A stretch of 24,000 nucleotides of DNA from Mesorhizobium sp. (GTDB lineage Bacteria > Pseudomonadota > Alphaproteobacteria > Rhizobiales > Rhizobiaceae), in NCBI GenBank assembly GCA_035998495.1, contig DASYHP010000099.1:16023-40022 (forward strand), read 5' to 3'. The translations under genes were made by a program, and so were the position numbers. Numbering within the stretch: position 1 is the stretch's first letter; the number at the start of each line of letters is the position of its first letter. The notes beneath the pieces were generated by a model. It worked only from the letters and a program-made list of their open reading frames with translations, made no database searches and was not told the DNA's origin. Below are positions 1 to 11,121 of this stretch, in pieces.

Positions 1-2
1 CC

Positions 3-758
3 ATGGACTTCATGCGCGCGGTGGGCATCACCTCGGAAACGAATTACGCACTACGCGAGACCGACTTCTACACGAGCCATGAGGCGTTGCTGCTCGGCTA
101 CGAGCAGGCGATGACGCGCGTGGATTCCACGAGCGGCGACTGGTACGCGACCTCGGGCCACATGATCTGGATTGGCGACCGCACCCGCCAGCCCGACGGC
201 GCGCATGTCGAATATTGCCGCGGCATCAGGAACCCGCTCGGCCTCAAATGCGGGCCGTCGCTGACGCCGGACGGCTTGCTGGCGCTGATCGACGCGCTCG
301 ACCCCGAGAACGAGCCGGGCCGGCTCACGCTGATCGCGCGCTTCGGCTACGATCACGTGGAAGAGCACCTGCCCAAGCTCGTGCGGGCGGTGCAGCGCGA
401 GGGGCGCAACGTGGTGTGGTCCTGCGACCCCATGCACGGCAACACGATCACGGCGGCGGGTTACAAGACGCGGCCGTTCGACCGCATCCTGCGCGAGGTG
501 GAGAGCTTCTTCGCCGTGCATCGCGCCGAGGGCACGCATCCCGGCGGCATCCATGTCGAGATGACGGGCAAGAACGTCACGGAATGCACGGGCGGGGCGC
601 GGGCCATCCGCGACGAGGAGCTGCAGGACCGCTACCACACGCATTGCGACCCGCGGCTCAACGCCGACCAGGCGCTGGAACTGGCCTTCCTGGTGTCTGG
701 GCTCTTGAAGCGCGAGCAGGCGGAGAACAGCCGCCGCAAGGTCGCCGCCGCGGAGTAG
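3..758 (+). CDS. Class II 3-deoxy-7-phosphoheptulonate (DAHP) synthase, C-terminal 251 aa; 5' end lies outside the window
   Basis: The ORF is open at the window start and ends at TAG 756..758. The translation carries class II DAHP synthase signatures: [62 protein letters not shown]. Confidence 0.9.
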   Translation: MDFMRAVGITSETNYALRETDFYTSHEALLLGYEQAMTRVDSTSGDWYATSGHMIWIGDRTRQPDGAHVEYCRGIRNPLGLKCGPSLTPDGLLALIDALDPENEPGRLTLIARFGYDHVEEHLPKLVRAVQREGRNVVWSCDPMHGNTITAAGYKTRPFDRILREVESFFAVHRAEGTHPGGIHVEMTGKNVTECTGGARAIRDEELQDRYHTHCDPRLNADQALELAFLVSGLLKREQAENSRRKVAAAE

Positions 759-780
759 GGGCGAAGCCTTGCCGAGCGTT

Positions 781-805
781 GACGTGGGCCGCCGCGGCCC
801 GCGTC
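781..805. terminator. GC-rich hairpin between convergent gene ends; possible bidirectional terminator or mRNA-stabilising stem, no U-tract
   Basis: gacgtgggccg (781..791), loop ccg, cggcccgcgtc (795..805): an 11-bp stem with one mismatch. It lies between the DAHP synthase stop (758) and the GGDEF gene stop (804..806). There is no T-run on either strand, so it is not a canonical intrinsic terminator. Confidence 0.3.
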
Positions 806-1904
806 AGTCCTTCCGATACAGCATCCAGTTCTTGGAGGCGCGCTGCTGCTCGGATAGCGCCGAATGCCGCGTCACGCGGTTGCGGCCGTTCACCTTGGAG
901 CGGTAGAGCGCCCGATCAGCCTTGGCGTAGAGATCGTCCGGGCCTTCCGCCTCGGAGGCCATGCAAAGGCCGACCGACACCGTGACCGGGTTGCAGACCG
1001 CGCCCACATAGTGACCGAGCGCCGTCTGCTCCACCGCCGCGCGGACCCGCTCGGCGATCTCCTCAGCCGCGTCCTCGCTGCGGCCTTCCACGATGATGGC
1101 GAACTCCTCGCCGCCCGTACGGGCCAAAAACATCTCGCCGTCCGTCGATGCGCGGAACACGCCGGCGATGATCTGGATGACCTTGTCGCCCGCGGGATGG
1201 CCGAAGCGGTCGTTGACATCCTTGAAGCGGTCGATGTCCGCGATGATGAGCGACTTGAACATCACGCCGCTCGCCGTGTCGTAGATCCGCGTCAGCTCCT
1301 TGTCGAAGGCGCGCCGGTTGGCGATCTGGGTGAGCGGGTCGGTGTCGGCGAGCTTCTTGTATTCCTCCAGCTTCGACTTGACGCTTTCCAGTTCGGCGGA
1401 TTTGTCGCCGAGCGCCTGCGCCGTCTCCCGGCCGCGCTCGATGGTGGACGAGGTCGCCACCGTGATGACGTTGAGAACCTTCTGGAAAAGCTCGCGGCTC
1501 ACATTGTTGCGCGCGGCCAAGCCATCGGAGGATCGGTGGAGGATTTCGCCGAAACGCTCCAAATGGCTCCGTTCAGCGCGCAGGAGAGAGGCCACCTCCT
1601 CCAACTCGCAGGCGACGATCGACCGGGCGCTGTCGACGATGCTGAGGCCGTGATGATGCGCGAAGAAGCGCTGCCCGATCTCGTCGAGCTGCTCCTGCGT
1701 CGGGTGGTGGGGCAGCGACACCACGGCCAGGCTCAGCTCGTGATTGGTGCCGGCAAGCGCCTCGTAAAAGATTTCATAGTTGCGCGGAAGGCCGGCGACG
1801 CCGAACTGGCGCATGGTGGCGACAACGGTCGCCGCAAGGTCCGACACCCTTTCGGGCTGCTGCGCGCTGCTGGCAGGCTGCATTGTCGCCATCGATCCTT
1901 GCAC
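804..1904 (-). CDS. Diguanylate cyclase (GGDEF domain) with an uncharacterised ~190-aa soluble helical N-terminal region
   Basis: C-terminal GGDEF domain motifs are present: DPLTQIANRRAF, DIDRFKDVNDRFGHPAGD, active-site RTGGEEFAIIV. The track start at 1904 is a GTG. In-frame ATGs at 1892 and 1883 are alternative starts, and an AAGGA lies just upstream. Confidence 0.85.
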   Translation of the reverse strand: MQGSMATMQPASSAQQPERVSDLAATVVATMRQFGVAGLPRNYEIFYEALAGTNHELSLAVVSLPHHPTQEQLDEIGQRFFAHHHGLSIVDSARSIVACELEEVASLLRAERSHLERFGEILHRSSDGLAARNNVSRELFQKVLNVITVATSSTIERGRETAQALGDKSAELESVKSKLEEYKKLADTDPLTQIANRRAFDKELTRIYDTASGVMFKSLIIADIDRFKDVNDRFGHPAGDKVIQIIAGVFRASTDGEMFLARTGGEEFAIIVEGRSEDAAEEIAERVRAAVEQTALGHYVGAVCNPVTVSVGLCMASEAEGPDDLYAKADRALYRSKVNGRNRVTRHSALSEQQRASKNWMLYRKD

Positions 1905-2187
1905 CGCCCGGCGCCGCCCATGGAGCGCCGCTCGGCCTCACGCCACCGCAAATCGAAGGCGGACGCTACGATCCACCGCCTCCATTCCGCAAGGTAGCCA
2001 TCCGGCGGCTAAAGTTCTCTTAAGGCTGGACCCTTTACGCAAAACAGTCGTGAACACCGCGCGAACGACCCTCGACGAAAGCGGCTCGCCTTGGCGACAA
2101 GGCGAAATCTGCGCTCGGCCCTATTGCCGGGCGGTTCGAGGATCGTATCTTGCCGCGCGAGCGTGATCGTTTGGGGCAGGCGCAGGA

Positions 2188-2586
2188 ATGGACATCCGAC
2201 ATACCGGCCGCTGCCTATGCGGCGCCGTCACCTTCCGGACGCAAGGCGAACTGCGGGACGTCATCTATTGCCACTGCTCGCAATGCCGGCGGCAGACCGG
2301 CCACTTCTATGCGGCGACCAATGTCGCCGACGACCGGCTGGAAGTGGCCGGCGCAGAGAACGTCACCTGGTTCAGCGCCTCGGCCTCCGCGCGGCGCGGC
2401 TTCTGCCGCACCTGTGGCTCGGCCTTGTTCTGGAAGCCCGTGGACGGCGACTACACGTCGATATTGGCCGGATCGTTCGATACCCCTTCCGGCCTCGAGG
2501 GAAAGCGCCACATCTTCGTCGCGGACAAGGGCGATTATTACGAGCTGGACGACCGGCTCCCTAAATTCCCCGCCTCCGGGTCCTGA
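2188..2586 (+). CDS. GFA-family (glutathione-dependent formaldehyde-activating / CENP-V-like) zinc-binding protein
   Basis: 132 aa with the family's Cys pattern: CLCGAV...CHCSQCRRQTG...FCRTCGSALF. The start is ATG. Confidence 0.85.
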   Translation: MDIRHTGRCLCGAVTFRTQGELRDVIYCHCSQCRRQTGHFYAATNVADDRLEVAGAENVTWFSASASARRGFCRTCGSALFWKPVDGDYTSILAGSFDTPSGLEGKRHIFVADKGDYYELDDRLPKFPASGS

Positions 2587-2605
2587 ATTTCGACGGAAAC
2601 GAACC

Positions 2606-2965
2606 GTGCTCAGACTGATCCACGCCACGCAACATTCCGCCCGCGCCTTTGGGCGCCTCCTGCGGAGTGAAACGGCCTTCCAGCAGGAAATGGCGCTCCT
2701 GGCCTTCGCGCTTCCTCTGGCTTGGCTCCTGGCCGATACCTGGCACGGCTACGCCATCCTGATCGGCTCGGTGCTCTTCCTGATAATGGTCGAAATCCTG
2801 AACACGGCAGTGGAAGCCGCCTGCAATGCCGTTTCGCGGGAGTTCCGGCCGGAAATCCAGCTCGCCAAGGACTGCGGCTCGCTTGCCGTCGCCTTCGCGA
2901 TCTTCCTGGCGGGCGGGGTCTGGCTTTTCTTTCTGCTCGACTGGTGGCACGGCGCGCCGATCTGA
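2606..2965 (+). CDS. dgkA: Diacylglycerol kinase (prokaryotic DgkA family), 119 aa
   Basis: This is the C-terminal part of track ORF 2150..2965. GTG 2606 is the first usable in-frame start after the GFA stop. The protein aligns along its length with E. coli DgkA (AFQQE, three TM segments, MVEILNTAVEAACNAVS core motif). The upstream part of the track ORF overlaps the GFA gene and is spurious. Confidence 0.85.
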   Translation: MLRLIHATQHSARAFGRLLRSETAFQQEMALLAFALPLAWLLADTWHGYAILIGSVLFLIMVEILNTAVEAACNAVSREFRPEIQLAKDCGSLAVAFAIFLAGGVWLFFLLDWWHGAPI

Positions 2966-2992
2966 GCGTCACGCCCAATATCACGAGCCTGC

Positions 2993-4216
2993 ATGCTGCG
3001 CTTTCTGCTGGAGAACCCCCGCTGGGTTTTCGGAGGTTTTCTTCTCACCTTCTGCTCCTCCTTCGGGCAAACCTTCTTCATCTCGCTTTCCGCCGGCGAC
3101 ATCCGGCAGGAGTTCGGGCTGAGCCATGGCGCCTGGGGCGCCCTCTACATGCTCGCCACGATCGGCAGCGCGCTTTCCCTGCCCAAGTTCGGTCAGATCG
3201 TCGACAAGCGCAGCGTGCAATCGGTGTCACTGCTCACGATTCCCGTCCTGGCCGTGGCGGCGGCGGCCATGGCGTTCGCGCAGAACGTCGCCATGCTCCT
3301 TCTGGCGATCTATCTCCTGCGCCTGTTCGGGCAGGGAATGATGACCCACATCGCGCTTACCGCGATGGGCCGGTGGTTCTCCGCGCAAAGAGGCAAGGCG
3401 GTCTCCCTGGTCGTCCTCGGCCAGAACGCCGGAGAAGCCCTGTTTCCGCTGGCCTTCGTTTCGGGCGCGGCCATTCTCGGCTGGCGCAATGCTTGGCTCG
3501 CCGGAGCCGCGCTGCTCGTTCTGCTCGCCCTTCCCGCCGTGGCGGGCCTTCTTGCGGTCGAGCGCGCGCCGCGCTCCTCCGATCCCCGGCCCAAGCAGGA
3601 AGGCGGACGTGACTGGACGCGCGCCGAGGTGCTGCGCGACGGCGCCTTCTACCTTCTGCTCCTGGGGGTCTTGGCGCCTCCCTTTATCGGCACGGTCGTG
3701 TTCTTTCACCAGATCTATCTCGCCGAACTGCGAGGCTGGCCGGTGGGGCTGATCGCAACCGCCTTTCCCGTCATGGCGGTGCTGACGGCCTCCTTCGCGC
3801 TCATCTCCGGCCAGCTCATCGACCGCTACTCGGCCGTGTCGCTGCTGCCGAGCTTTCTTCTGCCGCTTGGTCTCGCCTGCCTGGTGATCGCCTTCGTGCC
3901 GGACCGCTGGGCGGTATTCGCGTTCATGGCCCTGCTCGGCATGTCCTGGGGCTTCTCCTCCACGCTCTTCGGCGCCGTCTGGCCCGAGATCTACGGAATC
4001 AGGCATCTGGGCGCGATCCGATCATCGATCGTGGCCGTCATGGTGTTGGCCACCGCGCTGGGACCGGGCCTGACCGGGGCGCTGATCGACCTTGGCGTCA
4101 GCTACCCGGCGCAGATCGCCGTGATGGGCCTCTATTGCCTGGTGGTATCGGGAGTCCTGCTCGTGGCGTCGCGCCGCATCCGGACGCGCCTTGCGCTTGC
4201 CACAACGGGCGGCTAA
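2993..4216 (+). CDS. MFS transporter (substrate unknown), 407 aa
   Basis: The hydrophobicity pattern is consistent with ~12 TM segments. The MFS loop motif G-x-x-x-D-(R/K) occurs as FGQIVDKRS and again in the second half as SGQLIDRYS. ATG start; stop TAA 4214..4216. Confidence 0.8.
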   Translation: MLRFLLENPRWVFGGFLLTFCSSFGQTFFISLSAGDIRQEFGLSHGAWGALYMLATIGSALSLPKFGQIVDKRSVQSVSLLTIPVLAVAAAAMAFAQNVAMLLLAIYLLRLFGQGMMTHIALTAMGRWFSAQRGKAVSLVVLGQNAGEALFPLAFVSGAAILGWRNAWLAGAALLVLLALPAVAGLLAVERAPRSSDPRPKQEGGRDWTRAEVLRDGAFYLLLLGVLAPPFIGTVVFFHQIYLAELRGWPVGLIATAFPVMAVLTASFALISGQLIDRYSAVSLLPSFLLPLGLACLVIAFVPDRWAVFAFMALLGMSWGFSSTLFGAVWPEIYGIRHLGAIRSSIVAVMVLATALGPGLTGALIDLGVSYPAQIAVMGLYCLVVSGVLLVASRRIRTRLALATTGG

Positions 4217-4225
4217 CGCGCCCGC

Positions 4226-5599
4226 ATGACTGTGACCGTACGTTTCGCCCCGTCTCCGACGGGCCGCATCCACATCGGCAATGCGCGGACCGCTCTCTTC
4301 AACTGGCTGTTCGCCCTGCAAAATCGCGGCCGCTTCATCCAGCGCTTCGACGACACGGACGCGGCGCGCTCCACGCAAGGGTTCGCCGACGGCATCCTCT
4401 ACGACCTCCACTGGCTGGGCGTCTTCCCCGACGCCGTGGAATACCAGTCGCGGCGAATGGAGCGCTACGAGGCCGCCGCCGAGAGGCTGAAGGCGGCCAG
4501 GCTTCTCTACCCCTGCTACGAGACGGCCGAGGAGCTGGAGCTGCGGCGCAAGATCAAGCTCTCGCGCGGGCTGCCCCCCGTCTATGGCCGCGAGGCGCTG
4601 AAGCTGACGGGGGCCGAGCGCGAGGCCTTCGAGGCGGAAGGGCGCCGGCCGCATTGGCGCTTCCTCCTGCCCAATTTTTCCGGCGACCCGTTCGAGCCGC
4701 AGCGCGCCGAGGTGGCGTGGAGCGACATGGTGCGGGGCGAGCAGAGCGTGGACCTCGCCTCCGTGTCCGACCCGGTGCTGGTGCGCGGCGACGGCACCTT
4801 TCTCTACACATTGCCGTCGGTGGTGGACGACATCGAAATGGGCATCACCCATGTGATCCGCGGCGACGACCATGTGACCAATGCCGGCGTGCAGATCGCG
4901 CTGTTCAAGGCGCTCGGCGCGAAACCGCCGCATTTCGCCCACCACAACCTCCTGGTCGCCGCGAGCGGCGAGGAGCTTTCCAAGCGCACCGGCTCGCTCT
5001 CGGTCGCCGCCCTGCGCGAGCAGGGCTTCGAGCCCATGGCCATCGCCTCGCTGGCCGTGCTGATCGGCACGGCGGAAAGCGTGTCCGCCGCGCCCACGCT
5101 CCAGGCGCTCGCGGAGCGGTTCGACCTCGGCGCCACGTCGAAGTCGGCGGCCAAGTTCGATCCGGCCGACCTCTTCGCGCTCAACCGCGCGCTCCTGCGC
5201 GAGACGCCGTTCGCGGAGGTGGAAGGGCGGCTGACGGCGCTCGGCGTCACGGGGCCGGACGCCGAGCCGTTCTGGCGGGCGGTGCGCGGCAACGTCACGA
5301 CGCTCGACGAGGTGGCGGACTGGTGGCGCATCGTGAAAGCGGGCCCGGCCGAAGGCGAGGAACTGACGGGCGAGGACCGCATGTTCGCGCGCGACGCCTT
5401 CGAGCTCCTGCCGGACGAGCCGTTCGACCGCGACACCTGGAAGGCCTGGACGGAACAGGTCAGGCAGGCGACCGGTCGCAAGGGCAAGGCGCTGTTCCTG
5501 CCGCTCAGGGTCGCCCTGACAGGCCGCTCGTCCGGGCCGGAACTGGCCGATCTCCTGCCGCTTCTGGGCCGGGAAGGGGCCTTGGCCCGGCGGCCCTGA
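4226..5599 (+). CDS. gltX: Glutamate--tRNA ligase (short alphaproteobacterial type), 457 aa
   Basis: The N-terminus [23 protein letters not shown] is a HIGH-type motif. A KMSKS-type motif is present as ELSKRTGS, along with [11 protein letters not shown]. The start is 9 nt after the preceding MFS stop. Confidence 0.92.
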   Translation: MTVTVRFAPSPTGRIHIGNARTALFNWLFALQNRGRFIQRFDDTDAARSTQGFADGILYDLHWLGVFPDAVEYQSRRMERYEAAAERLKAARLLYPCYETAEELELRRKIKLSRGLPPVYGREALKLTGAEREAFEAEGRRPHWRFLLPNFSGDPFEPQRAEVAWSDMVRGEQSVDLASVSDPVLVRGDGTFLYTLPSVVDDIEMGITHVIRGDDHVTNAGVQIALFKALGAKPPHFAHHNLLVAASGEELSKRTGSLSVAALREQGFEPMAIASLAVLIGTAESVSAAPTLQALAERFDLGATSKSAAKFDPADLFALNRALLRETPFAEVEGRLTALGVTGPDAEPFWRAVRGNVTTLDEVADWWRIVKAGPAEGEELTGEDRMFARDAFELLPDEPFDRDTWKAWTEQVRQATGRKGKALFLPLRVALTGRSSGPELADLLPLLGREGALARRP

Positions 5600-5613
5600 C
5601 GCTTCGCCGCCCG

Positions 5614-7953
<2,340 letters not shown>

Positions 7954-7966
7954 GCGCGTGGTCTCG

Positions 7967-8734
7967 TCAGAAGGCGCTGGGATAGAGCCCGCCGTCGATG
8001 CGGAGGTTCTGCCCCGTGATGTAGCCGGCATGGGCCGAGCAGAGGAAGGCACAGGCTTGGCCGAACTCGTCGGGTGTGCCCAGGCGCTTGGCCGGGATGT
8101 CGGCCGAGAGCCGCGCGCGCCGCTCTTCCTCGGTCTCACCGGTCGGGGCCGGGCCGCCGCGCAGGCGGTCGGTGTCGAGCTTGCCCGGAAGCAGGTTGTT
8201 GATCGTGACGTTGCGCGCGGCGACTTCCTTGGCGATTCCGTTCAGGAAGGAGGTCAGCCCCGCGCGCGCCGCCGAGGACAGGTCGAGGCCCGCGATCGGC
8301 ACATAAACGGAAAGCGAGGTGATATTGACGATGCGCCCGAACCCGCGCTCTGCCATGCCGTCGATCACCGATTTCACCAGCTCGAACGGCGTCACCATGT
8401 TCCCGATCACGCCCCGCAGAATAGCCTCGCGGTCGAGTTCGCGGAAATCGCGGCGCGGTGGGCCGCCATTGTTGTTCACGAGGATGTCGGGGTTCGGCGC
8501 GGCGGCGAGCAAGGCCTCCTGAATGGCGGGCTGGGAAACATCGCCGGGCACTTCCGCGACGTTCACGCCCCAGCGCTCGCGGATGTCCTGTGCCGTGCGG
8601 GTGAGCACGTCCGCGTCGCGGCCGTTGAGCACGAGGTCGCAGCCGGCTTGGGCCAATGCCCGCGCGCAGCCCGCGCCCAGGCCGCGGCTCGAGGCGCAGA
8701 CGATAGCCTTCCGTCCCTTGATGCCGAGATCCAT
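7967..8734 (-). CDS. Short-chain dehydrogenase/reductase family protein, atypical (catalytic Tyr and Lys positions substituted), 255 aa
   Basis: SDR fold motifs are present: KAIVCASSRGLG (Gly-rich), NNNGGPP, NITS. ATG 8734 is preceded by GGGAGGAG, whereas the track start 8755 is a GTG. The stop is 13 nt upstream of the maeB start on the same strand, so the two are probably co-transcribed. Confidence 0.85.
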   Translation of the reverse strand: MDLGIKGRKAIVCASSRGLGAGCARALAQAGCDLVLNGRDADVLTRTAQDIRERWGVNVAEVPGDVSQPAIQEALLAAAPNPDILVNNNGGPPRRDFRELDREAILRGVIGNMVTPFELVKSVIDGMAERGFGRIVNITSLSVYVPIAGLDLSSAARAGLTSFLNGIAKEVAARNVTINNLLPGKLDTDRLRGGPAPTGETEEERRARLSADIPAKRLGTPDEFGQACAFLCSAHAGYITGQNLRIDGGLYPSAF

Positions 8735-8866
8735 GACTCCTCCCTTTCGCGTCACTTAGACCGGGCGGCGCGCCGTGGGCAACCTTTGCAGGAGCGGCGA
8801 CTTGAGTGGTGTTTCACCGTCCAGCCGTGCCATAGCGGCCGCGCGTCCCTGAACCGGCTTCTTCCC

Positions 8867-10051
8867 ATGCGGCAAAGCCCGACCTCTGTTTCTGTCGGCG
8901 TGTCCGCGCCGCGCCTGTTCCAGACGCGCCTCGCCGTGCTCTTCGCGGCGCTTTCCGTCTCAGCGGGGGTCTTCCTGCCTTATTTCCCGCTCTGGCTCGA
9001 GACGGTCGGGCTGACGCCGGCCGAGATCGCGATGGTGCTCGGCGCGCCGATGTTCCTGCGTGTGCTGACGACGCCCGTTCTGTCGAGCTGGGCCGATCGC
9101 GCCAGCGACCGGGCGACGGTTCTGGCGCTCGTGATCCCTGTGTCGCTGCTCCTGTCGCTGGGCTTCTTCCTCCCGCCAACTTACGCGCTGCTCCTCCTGC
9201 TCTCGCTCGGGCTGGCGGTGGTCTGGCCGGTGCAGACGACGCTCGCCGATTCGATCGCGTTGTCCGGCGTGCGACGGTTCGGGGCCGATTATTCGCGCAT
9301 GCGGGTCTGGGGTTCGATCTCCTTCCTGCTCGCGAACTTCGCCGGGGGAATCGTTCTCGCCCGAAGCGGGGCCGGTTCGGTGCCGCTGATGTTCTCGGCG
9401 AGCCTGCTCGCTTGCTTTCTCGCTTCGTTCCTGGTGCCGCGCGTCGGTCCGCCCCAGGCGCAACGCACGCATGAGCCGGCCGTGCCCATCATGCGCCGGC
9501 GCCGGCTCATGCTGTTCCTGACCGCGACCGGGTTCTTCCATGCCAGCCACGGCTTTCTCTGGGCCTTCGCGTCGATCTACTGGAAGAGCCTCGGCATCGA
9601 CGACACGACCATCGGGGCGCTTTGGGCCTTCAGCGTGGTTGCGGAAACGGCGCTGTTCTTCGCCTTTCCCCGCTGGCTGGCGCATCTCGGCGCGGTCCGG
9701 ATGGCAAGCATCGCCGGGGCGGCGAGCGTGATCCGCTGGTGCCTCTTCCCGATGATCTGGCCGCTCGGATGGAGCTTGGCCGGCTTCTTCGCCGTCCAGG
9801 CGCTTCATGCCCTGTCCACGGGGCTCCTCATCCTGGCGATCCAGAAGATGATCGCCGAAAGCGTGCCCGAGTCGCAGACGGGCGCGGCGCAGGGCCTGCA
9901 CTATTTCACGAGCGGCTTCGGAATGGCCGCGGCCACGGTGGCCTCGGGTCCGCTCTACGCGACCTTCGGGGCCAACGGGTTCCTGGCGATGGCCGGCGTC
10001 GCCGGTCTGGGCCTTGTCTTCGCCGTGCTCGCGGCGCGCTCAGCCCCATAG
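8867..10051 (+). CDS. MFS transporter, HcaT/PPP (3-phenylpropionate permease)-like family, 394 aa
   Basis: Only the part after ATG 8867 (MRQSPTS...) looks like a protein. FLPYFPLWLETVGLTPAEI and ADYSRMRVWGSISF match the HcaT-type pattern (GLTPE, DYG-x-VRLWGS). The upstream 341 codons of track ORF 7844..10051 are antisense to the SDR gene. Confidence 0.8.
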   Translation: MRQSPTSVSVGVSAPRLFQTRLAVLFAALSVSAGVFLPYFPLWLETVGLTPAEIAMVLGAPMFLRVLTTPVLSSWADRASDRATVLALVIPVSLLLSLGFFLPPTYALLLLLSLGLAVVWPVQTTLADSIALSGVRRFGADYSRMRVWGSISFLLANFAGGIVLARSGAGSVPLMFSASLLACFLASFLVPRVGPPQAQRTHEPAVPIMRRRRLMLFLTATGFFHASHGFLWAFASIYWKSLGIDDTTIGALWAFSVVAETALFFAFPRWLAHLGAVRMASIAGAASVIRWCLFPMIWPLGWSLAGFFAVQALHALSTGLLILAIQKMIAESVPESQTGAAQGLHYFTSGFGMAAATVASGPLYATFGANGFLAMAGVAGLGLVFAVLAARSAP

Positions 10052-11023
10052 CTCCGGCGCGGGCGGATGAACGAGGCTGCCTTCGTAGCGTAGGCCGGGC
10101 TCGCGGTCGCGGGCGAGCAGCAGCGGCCCGTCGAGATCGACCCATTCCGCGCCCTGCGCGAGCAGCACGGCCGGCGCCATGGCGAGCGAGGTGCCCACCA
10201 TGCAGCCCACCATGATCCGCAGGCCGAGTTCTTCCGCCGCCCGCCTGAGCGATAGGCCGGCCGTGAGCCCCCCGGTCTTGTCGAGTTTGATGTTCACGGC
10301 GTCGTAGAGCCGCCGCAGGCGCGGCAGGTCGTCGGGGCCGTGGACGCTCTCGTCCGCGCAGACCGGAACGGGGTGGGGAATGTCGGCCAGCAGATCGTCT
10401 TTTCCCGCGGGCAAGGGCTGCTCCACCAGGGCGACGTTGCATGCGGCGGCCGCGGCAAGGTTCGCCTCCAGCATTGCCTCGCCCCAGCCCTCGTTGGCGT
10501 CCACGATCAACGCGGCGTTCGGCGCGGCTTCCCGCACGGCGCGCATCCGCTCGGGATCGCCTTGCGCGCCGAGCTTGATCTTGAGGAATGGGCGGCCCGC
10601 GTGCCTGCGCGCCTCCGCCGCCATGAGTTCGGGCGCGCCGAGCGAGAGCGTATAGGCCGTGGTCACGGGGGCCGGGACGGCGAGGCCCGCGAGCGCCCAG
10701 GCACACTCTCCCGCCCGTTTGGCCTCCAGATCCCAGAGCGCGCAGTCCACGGCGTTGCGCGCCGCCCCCTGCGGCATCAGCGCAAGCAGCTCCTGCCGGC
10801 CTGCGCCGCGCTCAAGTTCCGGCCGCACCGCCTCAATGGCGTCACGAACGCTCTCCATGGTCTCGCCATAGCGCTTGTAGGGCACGCATTCCCCCCGACC
10901 CGCAACGTCGCCACCTGAGATGGTGCAAGTCAGGACGGCCGCTTCGGTCTTCGAGCCGCGCGAGATGGTGAAGGCGCCGGCGATCGGAAAAGCTTCGGCT
11001 CGGACGGTCAGGCGGCGGGACAT
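10040..11023 (-). CDS. Dipeptide epimerase (L-Ala-D/L-Glu epimerase-like), enolase superfamily MLE subgroup, 327 aa
   Basis: The catalytic and metal-ligand motifs occur in the expected order: FLKIKLG (KxK), DANEGW, VEQP, CADES, NIKLDKTGG. ATG start. The 3' end overlaps the convergent MFS gene by 12 nt. Confidence 0.85.
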   Translation of the reverse strand: MSRRLTVRAEAFPIAGAFTISRGSKTEAAVLTCTISGGDVAGRGECVPYKRYGETMESVRDAIEAVRPELERGAGRQELLALMPQGAARNAVDCALWDLEAKRAGECAWALAGLAVPAPVTTAYTLSLGAPELMAAEARRHAGRPFLKIKLGAQGDPERMRAVREAAPNAALIVDANEGWGEAMLEANLAAAAACNVALVEQPLPAGKDDLLADIPHPVPVCADESVHGPDDLPRLRRLYDAVNIKLDKTGGLTAGLSLRRAAEELGLRIMVGCMVGTSLAMAPAVLLAQGAEWVDLDGPLLLARDREPGLRYEGSLVHPPAPELWG

Positions 11024-11121
11024 GGATCGGCTCGTGCGGTGATAGGCCGGCGGCGGTCAAGCTGTTCGTGACAGGCTGCCGGCGGCGGTCTAAAAGGATT
11101 GTTCGAGTTCCCCTGAGTTCC

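Noticed and set aside
864-1997. 377-aa plus-strand ORF antisense to the GGDEF gene, and 215..985 + overlapping the DAHP synthase
   Set aside because: No motifs, low-complexity composition, and complete overlap with confidently assigned genes.
2087-2104. Hairpin CGCCTTG-gcga-CAAGGCG in the GGDEF/GFA divergent intergenic region
   Set aside because: It is a short 7-bp stem with no U-tract, no flanking conservation that I can assess, and no riboswitch-like context. It is probably incidental.
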